Shown piece after piece: positions 42,704 to 51,975 of a DNA stretch of 64,000 nucleotides; within the stretch, counting starts at the first letter, position 1; each line of letters opens with the position of its first letter. The notes under the pieces were generated by a model that did not search any database, was not told the DNA's origin, and saw only the letters and a list, made by a program, of their open reading frames with translations. This stretch comes from an uncultured Gammaproteobacteria bacterium (GTDB lineage: Bacteria > Pseudomonadota > Gammaproteobacteria > Xanthomonadales > Rhodanobacteraceae): assembly GCA_963775445.1 (NCBI GenBank), contig CAVZIT010000007.1:31086-95085 (forward strand), written 5' to 3'. The translations under genes and the position numbers were made by a program.

Positions 42704-43624
42704 ATGAATGGCGAATCACAGCGGATCCGGGCGGTAAGCGCGTTCCTGACCGATCTGCAGACGCGCCTGTGTGACACGATCGAGTTGGCCGATGGTGCCG
42801 CGACTTTCGGGCGCGACGCGTGGACACGCACCGGCGGCGGTGGCGGGTGTTCGCGCGTACTCAAGGGCGGCGCCGTGTTCGAGCAAGCCGGGGTCGGCTA
42901 TTCAGCCGTCGGTGGCGAAACGTTGCCTCCCGCCGCCACGGCACAACGCCCGGAACTGGCCGGCCGCGCGTGGAACGCAATCGGGGTTTCGGTGGTTGTG
43001 CATCCGCTAAATCCCTATGTACCCACCACGCACATGAATGTGCGTTACTTCGAGGCATGCGGGAACGAGCAGCAGCCGATCTGGTGGTTCGGCGGCGGAT
43101 TCGATCTGACGCCGTTCTACCCGTTCGACGAAGATGTACGCCATTGGCATCGTGTCGCGCGCGATCTGTGCGCGCCGTTCGGCGACGAGATATACGCACG
43201 TTACAAGCGCTGGTGCGATGAGTACTTCTTCCTCAAGCATCGCAACGAGGCGCGCGGCGTCGGCGGACTTTTCTTCGATGACTTGAATGAATGGGGATTC
43301 GAACGCTGCTTCGAGTTTCAGCGGGCAGTCGGCAATGGCTTCATCGAAGCCTATCTGCCGATTGTCGAGCATCGCAAGGATGAGCCTTTCGGCGATCGCG
43401 AACGCGAATTTCAACTCTATCGGCGCGGTCGCTACGTCGAATTCAATCTGGTCTACGATCGCGGCACGTTGTTCGGTTTGCAATCGGGCGGACGCACCGA
43501 ATCGATTCTGATGAGTCTGCCTCCGCGCCTTCGCTTCGAATATGCCTACACGCCGGAACCCGGCAGCGCCGAGGCGCGGCTTGCGGATTATCTGAAGCCA
43601 CGCGGCTGGCTTGATGACGCATAG
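42704..43624 (+). CDS. hemF: Oxygen-dependent coproporphyrinogen III oxidase
   Basis: [65 protein letters not shown]. Confidence 0.97.
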   Translation: MNGESQRIRAVSAFLTDLQTRLCDTIELADGAATFGRDAWTRTGGGGGCSRVLKGGAVFEQAGVGYSAVGGETLPPAATAQRPELAGRAWNAIGVSVVVHPLNPYVPTTHMNVRYFEACGNEQQPIWWFGGGFDLTPFYPFDEDVRHWHRVARDLCAPFGDEIYARYKRWCDEYFFLKHRNEARGVGGLFFDDLNEWGFERCFEFQRAVGNGFIEAYLPIVEHRKDEPFGDREREFQLYRRGRYVEFNLVYDRGTLFGLQSGGRTESILMSLPPRLRFEYAYTPEPGSAEARLADYLKPRGWLDDA

Positions 43625-44452
43625 CCGGCAAATTTCCTTGAGGACGTTTGCAAGCCTGTGCTTCCTCCGTCGGGATCGTACTCCGGGCCGAGGCTCTTGA
43701 TTCTGGGCGAGGAACCAAGATCGAGGTTGAGCGCGGTGGTAAAATCGAGCGCTTCCTGGAGCGTCAATCCTCGATTCAAGGGGTAAGTCATGTAAATGCA
43801 ATAACCGTCTGGTAATTGGACACGTCTCCAAGAGTACGCGGTGTTGTAGTGCCACTGAGTGTACTGGGAACCAGGCGCCGCCTTGAGTTCTTCGATGCTC
43901 TTGTCAGCGCAGCCTTCCGGTCCATTGGTGTGACTTAGCGCCTGGTCGATCTGCTGCTGGGAAAAGTTTGGAAGCTGATCCGCGAGCGCGGCACGAAGCT
44001 CGTCGAATGCATGGACGTCTTGCGGCCGCACCTCATTCGTGAAGCGACCACGGCCCACGAGGGGCAATCGCATCAGCATCGCGGCCTTGAAGTCCCGTGC
44101 CTGCTTGCGCCGACAGCGGCCGCGAAAACGGCGTTCGCATGTAAATGCAGAGTAGCCCCGATCCCTGCGGTATCACCGTCCACGTGTACTCGTTGTTGTA
44201 CACGCGCGAGCCGAGCGAGGATATATTGCCGGGATCTGCGTTGTTTCGGCAGTCGGTGAACTTTTGCGCATTTTTATCGATGCGCTCTCGCACCTCGAGG
44301 CTTTGCTGCGGCAGCATCAGCGCGACTTCATCACGCAATGCCTGAAACAGATCGAGATCGGGGTCGGGCTCCGCAGCCTGGACCGGATGGAACGCGACCA
44401 GGCCCGCCGGTGCGAGCGCGCAACAAGCAAGCAAGCGAACGCGCACGTTCAT
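43588..44452 (-). pseudogene. Secreted protein with two tandem copies of an unknown ~110-aa domain (one apparent 1-nt insertion)
   Basis: Signal peptide; ORFs 44033-44452 and 43588-44079 join if one base near 44103 is removed, giving QEARDF parallel to QEALDF. Confidence 0.6.
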
Positions 44453-44500
44453 GAAATCCCCCCTCGTCGGACTTCCCTTGCGAGAGCGCCCGCCTGCCGC

Positions 44501-45004
44501 TCAATTCCACTCGTACAGCGTGTAATACACGGGCGAGATCGGGCCTTCGCTCGGGTCACGGGTCAGACGGCCGTTGCCGGTATGATCGAAAAAAGTCTGC
44601 ACCGGTCCGTCCGGCGAAATGATCCGGATCATCCACACATGGCCGTGCTGGCGATATTCCTCGACGGTGTCGCTGCCCTGCTTGCGGATCGCGACCTTGC
44701 TCTCGGCGACGCGGCGCGCCGTGTCGGCTTCGCTCGGGTTGCGGTCAGCCTTGTCGCGCACGGGACGCGTATCGGGCTTGGCCAAGGGTGCGAGCGCGTC
44801 GGGGGGGGCACCGGCATCGCCAGGCAAAGGTGCATCCGACGGCGGAGGTGGCGGCGCATCGGTGTGCACGCCCGGATCGTCGATGCTCGGCGGTGGTGGC
44901 ACGTCGGCGTGGCGATCGGGGTTCGGGGAAGACGGCGGCGCGGCGGAAACGGCGGCCATGGCGGCGAACGCCAGGGCAGTGGCAAGCAGAATTGAACGGA
45001 TCAT
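44501..45004 (-). CDS. DUF2782-like exported protein
   Basis: Signal peptide, Pro-rich region, TVEEYRQHGHVWMIRI...PVYYTLYEWN; divergent from polA. Confidence 0.75.
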   Translation of the reverse strand: MIRSILLATALAFAAMAAVSAAPPSSPNPDRHADVPPPPSIDDPGVHTDAPPPPPSDAPLPGDAGAPPDALAPLAKPDTRPVRDKADRNPSEADTARRVAESKVAIRKQGSDTVEEYRQHGHVWMIRIISPDGPVQTFFDHTGNGRLTRDPSEGPISPVYYTLYEWN

Positions 45005-45161
45005 GGCGGCGACTCCAGGCACAGTATGAGCCTAGCAGACCGGAACGACGAAAAAGCGCCCTCAAGTCTCATTGCATGAATCTTCGGATCGCCTTGCCGT
45101 CCGGATGAACCCGGCTCCTTTCCGTTAAGCTTTGGGCAGCCTGCCGTTTACCAAGCCGCTC

Positions 45162-47931
45162 ATGCCGCGCCCCCGACTCGTCCTCATTGATGGTTCATCG
45201 TATCTGTACCGCGCGTTTCATGCGCTGCCGCCACTCACCAACGCGACTGGAGAACCGACGGGCGCGCTGTTCGGCGTGGTCAACATGCTGCGGGCGATCC
45301 TGAACGATCGGCCCGAATATGCAGCGTTCGTTGGCGATGCGCCGGGCGGCACGTTTCGCGACGAGCTTTATCCAGACTACAAGGCTCACCGGCCACCGAT
45401 GCCCGATGACCTGCGCGCGCAGGTCGAGCCGATGTTTGCGTTGGTCGAAGCGCTCGGCATGCCGATTCTCTGCGTGCCGGGCGTCGAGGCCGATGATGTC
45501 ATCGGCACGCTGGCCAAACGCGCCGTCGAAGTGGGTATCGAGGTCGTCGCATCGACCGGCGACAAGGATTTCGCGCAACTCGTCGGCCCCGCACGTGACG
45601 CTGGTCAACACGATGAGCAACACCACGCTGGATGAAGCGGGTGTGTTCGAGAAATTCGCGGTGCGCCCGGACCAGATTGTCGACTATCTTGCCCTGGTCG
45701 GCGACAGCGTCGACAACATCCCCGGCGTGGAGAAGTGCGGGCCGAAAACAGCGGCGAAGTGGCTCGGGGTATATGGGGATCTGGAGCACGTCATCGCCCA
45801 TGCAACGGAGATTGGCGGCAAGATCGGTGAAAACCTGCGCAAGGCGCTGCCGCATCTGCCGCTCTCGCGCCAGCTCGCGACCATCAAGACCGATGTCGAT
45901 CTCGAGTGCGGCCCGACCGATCTCAAGCTGCGCGAACGCGATGTCGAAAGACTGCGCGAGCTGTACACGCGCTACGAGTTCAATGCGGCACTGAAGGAAC
46001 TGGATGCAACTGCGCCCGTATTGCCAGGCCAGGCGCAAGCCACGCCGCCATCCGATGAATCGGGAACTGTGGCGGCCCCAAGGTCGCCGACCAAATTGCA
46101 ACCCATCCCCGATTCGCTGATCGGCCCCGGAACCCATGAACTGGTCACGACGCGGGCGCAACTCGACGCATGGATTGGTCGCCTGCGAACAGCCCCGCTG
46201 ATCGCGTTCGATACCGAAACGACGTCGCTCGATCCGATGCGGGCCGAACTGGTCGGCATCTCGTTTTCAGTCGCACCCAGGCAGGCTGCCTACATTCCAC
46301 TGGCGCACGACTATCCGGGGGTGCCCAAGCAACTCGACCGCGACACGGTGCTCGCGGCACTCAAGGCCGTGCTCGAGGATCCCGATCGGCCGAAACTTGG
46401 CCAGCATGCGAAGTACGACATCAATGTGCTGTCCAATTACGGAGTCCACGTTCGCGGCATTGCGCACGACAGCATGCTTGAGTCGTATGTGCTCAACGCG
46501 ACTGCGACGCGTCACGACATGGACACGCTCGCAAGACGCCATCTCGGCTACGAAACCATCCGTTACGCGGATGTTGCGGGCAAGGGCGCCAAACAGATCG
46601 GTTTTGCCGAGGTCGAACTCGAACGCGCCTGCGATTATGCGGCCGAGGATGCCGACATCACGTTGCGCCTGCATCATGCGTTGTGGCCGCAACTGGCAGC
46701 GCTCCCGCAGCTCGCTTCCGTGTATGGCGATATCGAGATGCCGCTGGTGCCGGTGCTCGCGCGCATGGAACAGCGTGGCGTATTGATCGACGTCGAGGCG
46801 CTGCACCGCCAGAGCCGCGAACTCGCCGAACGCATGCAGGAACTGACCTGCGAGGCCTACCGGATCGCGGGGCGGAGTTTCGGCCTCGATTCGCCGAAGC
46901 AACTGCAGGCGCTGTTGTTCGACGAACTGCAGTTGCCGATGCGCAGCAAGACACCGACCGGCCAGCCATCGACCAACGAGGAAGCGCTCGCCGCGATCGC
47001 CGACGAGCATCCGCTACCGCAGCTCATTCTCGATTACCGTACGCTCGCCAAGCTGCGTTCCACCTATACCGTGAAATTGGCCGAATCGGTGAACTCGCGC
47101 ACCGGCCGTGTCCATACGTGCTACGGCCAGGCGATCGCCGCCACCGGTCGGTTGTCCTCCTCCGACCCGAATCTGCAGAACATTCCGATCCGTACCGAGG
47201 AAGGTCGCCGCATCCGCCAGGCATTCGTGGCGCCTCCGGGCTGGTCGGTCGTGGCGGCCGACTATTCGCAGATCGAGCTCCGCATCATGGCGCACCTGTC
47301 CGGAGACACGGGACTCCTCGCGGCGTTCGTCGGCGGGCAGGACGTTCATCGCGCAACCGCCGCCGAAGTGTTCGGCGTGCCCCCCGAACGCGTTGACGCA
47401 AACCAGCGCCGCGCGGCAAAGGCGATCAATTTCGGGCTCATGTATGGCATGAGCGCGTTTGGCCTTTCCCGCGCGATTGGCGTCGCGCGTGGCGACGCGC
47501 AGGACTACATGGCACGCTACTTCGCGCGCTATCCGGGTGTGCATGAGTTCATGGAGCAGACCCGCGAGCGGGCGCGCACGAGCGGTTATGTGGAAACCCT
47601 GTTCGGGCGGCGCCTGTATCTGACCGACATCACGTCGTCCAACCACGCGCGTCGTTCGGGCGCGGAACGCGCGGCCATCAATGCGCCCATGCAGGGGACC
47701 GCGGCGGACATCATCAAGCGCGCGATGATCGCCGTGGATCGATGGATCGAGGGACGCGACGACGTGCACATGCTCATGCAGGTCCACGACGAACTGGTGT
47801 TCGAGGTGCGCGACGATCGCATCGAGGAAATAGTCGAAGGCGCGCGCGAACACATGAGTGCCGCGGCCACACTCGACGTGCCACTCGTGGTGGACATAGG
47901 CAACGGCGCCAATTGGGATCAAGCGCACTGA
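45162..47931 (+). CDS. polA: DNA polymerase I (apparent +1 frameshift at CCCC 45587-45590, likely sequencing error)
   Basis: [16 protein letters not shown] 5' nuclease; FDTETT exonuclease; [28 protein letters not shown] polymerase motifs. Confidence 0.93.
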
Positions 47932-47992
47932 TACGACTTCGTCACCGAATTGCTACGCAAACTGATCCAGATCACCGGCCGCATGGCCCCGG

Positions 47993-49051
47993 TTACGGCG
48001 GGCATTGCGCAGCGTCAAAACCGTTTGCGAATATGCCATCGATGACGATGCGTCCGATCCAGCCGGTGCCTTGCGCATACCACAGATTGCCATCCGGTCC
48101 GGTCGTGATGTATTCGAGAATATTTCCCACCGGCAAGCTGCCGAACTCGGTGATCTCGCCATCCGGCGTAATCCGCCCGATGGTGTGGCTGAGCTGTTCG
48201 GCGAACCACAGGTTGCCATCGGGGCCGGCCGTGATGCCCAAGAGGCCGCTGCCGAAGAGATTGGCACTGAACTCGGTGACGACGCCATCCGGCGTGATGC
48301 GGCCGATGCGGCTGCCGCCGTTTTCGGTGAACCAGAGGTTGCCGTCGGGTCCGGCGGTGATGCCGAACGGTGCGGCATCGGCGCTGATGCCGACATCGAA
48401 CTCGGTAACCATGCCCGCGGTCGTGATTCGACCGATCCGGTTGGCGGAATATTCGGCGAACCACAAGTTGCCGTCGGGGCCGGACGTGATGCCGACGGGT
48501 GTGGCGCCATAGGGCGGGCAGGTCGCGCGGTCGCAGATCCCGGCGCTGTACTCGGTGATGATGCCGTCCGGCGTAATCCGGCCCACGCGATTGCCGTTCG
48601 CCTCGGTAAACCAGAGGTTGCCGTCCGCTCCTGCCGTGATGCCGAACGGATCGGAGAACGGGCTGATCATGTTGCCGACGTCCTCGCCGAATTCCGCAAC
48701 GACGCCGGTCGGTGAAATTCTTCCGACCCGACTGATCGAGTAGTCGCTCTTGCGTTCGGTGAACCAGACGTCGCCGTCAGGGCCAGCCGCGATCGAATAC
48801 GGTTGCGCACCTCCGGTAATGCCGGCGCTGAACTCGGTGATGACTCCCTGTGGGGTGATTCTTCCCACGCGGTCGCCGCCGTTGAATTCGGTGAACCACA
48901 GGTTGCCGTCGGGGCCGACCGCGATGCCGACCGGCTGCGCGTCTGCGCTCAAGCCCGCACAATATTTCGTGAGGGTTTGTGCCGACGTCGCGACCGAGAA
49001 GCAAGCCAGCAGCACAAGGGCGCCGCAGTGGATTGTACGCCAGCGAATCAT
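47993..49051 (-). CDS. Secreted 7-bladed Vgb-like beta-propeller protein with C-terminal DGIFANGFD motif
   Basis: Signal peptide; seven I-x-x-G-[PA]-D-G-[ND]-x-W-[FY] repeats. Confidence 0.85.
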   Translation of the reverse strand: MIRWRTIHCGALVLLACFSVATSAQTLTKYCAGLSADAQPVGIAVGPDGNLWFTEFNGGDRVGRITPQGVITEFSAGITGGAQPYSIAAGPDGDVWFTERKSDYSISRVGRISPTGVVAEFGEDVGNMISPFSDPFGITAGADGNLWFTEANGNRVGRITPDGIITEYSAGICDRATCPPYGATPVGITSGPDGNLWFAEYSANRIGRITTAGMVTEFDVGISADAAPFGITAGPDGNLWFTENGGSRIGRITPDGVVTEFSANLFGSGLLGITAGPDGNLWFAEQLSHTIGRITPDGEITEFGSLPVGNILEYITTGPDGNLWYAQGTGWIGRIVIDGIFANGFDAAQCPP

Positions 49052-49101
49052 GACCATTCTCCCGACAGGTTGGGTTGGCGAAAGGAATTTCCGGTGGCGC
49101 T

Positions 49102-50787
49102 TCAGGGCGAGGGTTGCGATGTTTGCCGCAGCGGGTCATTCCAGCCCGGACGTTGATCCCAGCCGAGCCGGTGCGCGGTTTGCGCATTGATCTTGCCGTC
49201 CGCATCGAGCGTGCCGTTCGCGATCAGGCGGCGCACGCTTTCGGCGGGCAGCACCGCGACGAAGTCGGTGCCGGCATGCACCGACGCCGGTACGAAACTC
49301 GTGTTCGCGTGGATCGGAGTGAATTCGGCGAACGCCTTGCGCACTCCGCTGACGATGTAATCGAAATCGACATCGGCCGAGCCGCGCATCACGATGCGAT
49401 CGAGCGATTTGGACATGCATGCGATCGTCGCGAGCTCGCCAGTCGGCGTCGCGACGACCGTAAGACCGTCCGCGCTGGTGACGATGCGGAAGTCCTCCGG
49501 CACCTCGATCGTCGCCTCGCCGTTGGTCAGATGCGCGCTGCCGCGGAAATACGTGCCGACTTCGCGCCCTTCGAGTGAGGCATAGCGGATTTCCTTGCTC
49601 GCGTCGGTCGGGTGCGGCTCGACGAAATTCTTGCTTCCCGAGGCGCCGAAGTTGCCGAACGCGTAGACGGCGAAGCCCGTTCCCGCCCCCTGACCGTACA
49701 CGCCGTTGCCATTCGTCCCGCTGCTGTGGATTCCGGTTATCCCGGACTTTCCTGCCGCGTCACTCACGCCCTGAATACCGTCACCCCCGGCGCTTCGGCC
49801 GTATACGCCCCTTGCGGCACCGGCGCTGATACCGTAGACACCCGCGGAGAGACTGCTGCCATTGTTGGTTACTCCCCAGATGCCGCTACCGGTGACGGAA
49901 GTCGCATAGATCGCCTCCGTGTCATTACTTGTAGCTATCAGCCCGACTCCATTCTGCGAGTAGGCTCGTACGCCGGCGCCGGACCCTAGCGCATTACCGT
50001 AAATCCCGTTTCCATTCCCGCTGGCGCGACCTTCAATCCCCGAGTCAAAATCGTCGGGCGAAACCCCAAGAATCCCGTTGCCGTGCGCGGAAAATCCATA
50101 AACACCCTGGCCGATGCCATTGTTTATTCCCGCCACGCCCGAATGATCCGAATTCGTCGCCCCTTGAACCGCATCGCCGGTGTCGGTGTTGGTGATCAGC
50201 AATGCCGGATTGGTCGTTGCCGCGGTACCGCTGTACGGCAACGTGACGAAACCCGGTGGCCCTTGCACACCTTGCATCCCCGCAGGTCCTTGCGGTCCTG
50301 CCGGACCATCCGGCCCGATCGGCCCCTGCGGTCCGACCGGGCCTGTCGGTCCGTCCGGGCCTTGCAATCCCATCGGCCCGACCGGACCCTGCGGGCCCGG
50401 ATTGCCGGACAGCGCATACAGAGCATAGGGCGTCGCGTTAAGCGCTTGCCGCGGGGCTAGCGTCGTATAAGCGCCGCCGGAGCCGCCCGCGCGTACGCGC
50501 ACTTCGACCCACAGCGCCTGGCCGTCGTATGGCGCGTCGGTGAAATCGAGCGACGTGGTGACGAAGCCGGCCGACACCGCGAGATCATCGACGCTGACCG
50601 TATCGACCGCGTCGCCGCCGCCTGGCGTCGTGAACAGCGCGAACTGGAAATCATATGGCCCGTCGGCCAGAACTCCCGCATCGGTCAACTGCCCCTGATA
50701 CGTGAACGCCGGGCCGACCGGGTCGGCGAATGCGGCACGGACGAGCAACACCGAAGCAAACAGGAACAGGCAAGCAGTCGCACGCAT
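49102..50787 (-). CDS. Secreted fibre-like protein: FTYQG domain, collagen (GXY) segment, Gly-rich repeats, tail-fibre-like C-terminus
   Basis: Signal peptide; AFTYQGQL; 17 GXY triplets; GvyG repeats; [19 protein letters not shown]-terminal block. Confidence 0.8.
   Translation of the reverse strand: MRATACLFLFASVLLVRAAFADPVGPAFTYQGQLTDAGVLADGPYDFQFALFTTPGGGDAVDTVSVDDLAVSAGFVTTSLDFTDAPYDGQALWVEVRVRAGGSGGAYTTLAPRQALNATPYALYALSGNPGPQGPVGPMGLQGPDGPTGPVGPQGPIGPDGPAGPQGPAGMQGVQGPPGFVTLPYSGTAATTNPALLITNTDTGDAVQGATNSDHSGVAGINNGIGQGVYGFSAHGNGILGVSPDDFDSGIEGRASGNGNGIYGNALGSGAGVRAYSQNGVGLIATSNDTEAIYATSVTGSGIWGVTNNGSSLSAGVYGISAGAARGVYGRSAGGDGIQGVSDAAGKSGITGIHSSGTNGNGVYGQGAGTGFAVYAFGNFGASGSKNFVEPHPTDASKEIRYASLEGREVGTYFRGSAHLTNGEATIEVPEDFRIVTSADGLTVVATPTGELATIACMSKSLDRIVMRGSADVDFDYIVSGVRKAFAEFTPIHANTSFVPASVHAGTDFVAVLPAESVRRLIANGTLDADGKINAQTAHRLGWDQRPGWNDPLRQTSQPSP
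50253..50407 (-). repeat. Collagen-like (Gly-X-Y)17 coding repeat
   Basis: [52 protein letters not shown]. Confidence 0.9.
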
Positions 50788-50797
50788 AATGGAGCCC

Positions 50798-51088
50798 TCA
50801 ATGCTCAAACCCGCTGGTGAAGATGAGATCGGTGGGAGTTTCGTTTTCCGCCGGTTCCCAGAATCCGCCGTAAAACCGATAAGCCGACCCGGCCAAGGTC
50901 GCGCTCGCACTCTGGCCGACGGTGCCGCGCAATTCGAACGTTCCGCCCGCGAGCGATCCGCCGCCGCCCGCGACGACGCTGCGATCGATGTCATAAGGAC
51001 CGCCGCCCGATTGCGCATTGACGGACCCGGGGAAAGAGCCGATGAGCGCGAAGGCGGGCATCAGGAGCCCCGTGTAAAATCGAATCAT
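50798..51088 (-). CDS. Small secreted Gly-rich protein with C-terminal [10 protein letters not shown] motif
   Basis: Signal peptide; [38 protein letters not shown]; ends 10 nt before the fibre gene. Confidence 0.8.
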   Translation of the reverse strand: MIRFYTGLLMPAFALIGSFPGSVNAQSGGGPYDIDRSVVAGGGGSLAGGTFELRGTVGQSASATLAGSAYRFYGGFWEPAENETPTDLIFTSGFEH

Positions 51089-51375
51089 CTGATTGCTCCT
51101 GGCCCGGGAATCAGGGCGGCTTGATTCCAGAAACACGAAACAATGCGAAAAACGGCCACGCGCTGACATCGTGCTGACTCGCGGCGGCCGCCATGGCCGC
51201 GGCTGTCGAAGACCAGCCACCCTCAGCCTGCCTCGTCAGGATCCTGAAGGCCAAGTTGCATCCGTGCGAAAAGTCGGGACGAGGTTGCCAATCGCAAGCA
51301 GACGCGTCTCGGGCTGCGAACGTCGGCCATACGCCTCCCGGCCACGGCGCATCGACGGATCGGTATGATCCGGCC

Positions 51376-51954
51376 ATGAGCGAGACGGGCCAGGGGTTTC
51401 CGATCCATCCTGCCGCGGCGTGGGAGCGGGAGCTGCCGCACGAGGTGCGCACGCTGGCCGATCGGTTGACCCCGCTGTTCTACGATGACCTCAAGCGCCT
51501 CGCGCATCGGGAACGTGCGCGCGTCGGAGCTGACGCAACCCTGCAGACGACCGCGCTGGTCAACGAGGCGTACCTGAAACTGCGGGGTGCCCAAGGCTGG
51601 AACACCGATGCGCATTTCCTGCGCGCGGCAGCGCTGGCGATGCGCCACGCGTTGATCGGCCATGCCCTCGCGCGACAGGCAGCCAAGCGTGGCGGTGGCG
51701 CGGCGATACTGCCGCTCAGTGACACGCTGGACATCGCGATCGAAGATGATCCAGCCTTGCTCGCGCTGAACGATGCACTGGCCAAGCTTGCGCACGACTC
51801 GGTGCGGCTCGCACAGGTCGTCGAATGTCGCTACTTCGGCGGCTACGACGAAGCGGAGACCGCCTGCGCGCTGGGCGTTTCGGAACGCACCGTGCGCCGC
51901 GACTGGACATTCGCACGTGCGTGGCTGCATCGCGAGTTGGCCGGAGCGGGGTAG
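51376..51954 (+). CDS. ECF sigma factor (kinase-associated, TIGR02999-like)
   Basis: YDDLKRLAH, TLQTTALVNEAYLKL, ECRYFGG, ALGVSERTVRRDWTFARAWL. Confidence 0.9.
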   Translation: MSETGQGFPIHPAAAWERELPHEVRTLADRLTPLFYDDLKRLAHRERARVGADATLQTTALVNEAYLKLRGAQGWNTDAHFLRAAALAMRHALIGHALARQAAKRGGGAAILPLSDTLDIAIEDDPALLALNDALAKLAHDSVRLAQVVECRYFGGYDEAETACALGVSERTVRRDWTFARAWLHRELAGAG

Positions 51955-51975
51955 GTCGCAACCGGCGTGTCGCGA

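Noticed and set aside
45580-45600. Programmed ribosomal frameshift in polA
   Set aside because: No slippery heptamer or stimulatory structure seen; a single extra base in a C run is better explained by indel error
47993-49051. Streptogramin B lyase (Vgb) antibiotic-resistance call
   Set aside because: Only the propeller repeat is shared; the His-bearing P-H-x-I catalytic blade motifs are absent (blades read PVGI, PYSI, PFGI, LLGI, LEYI)
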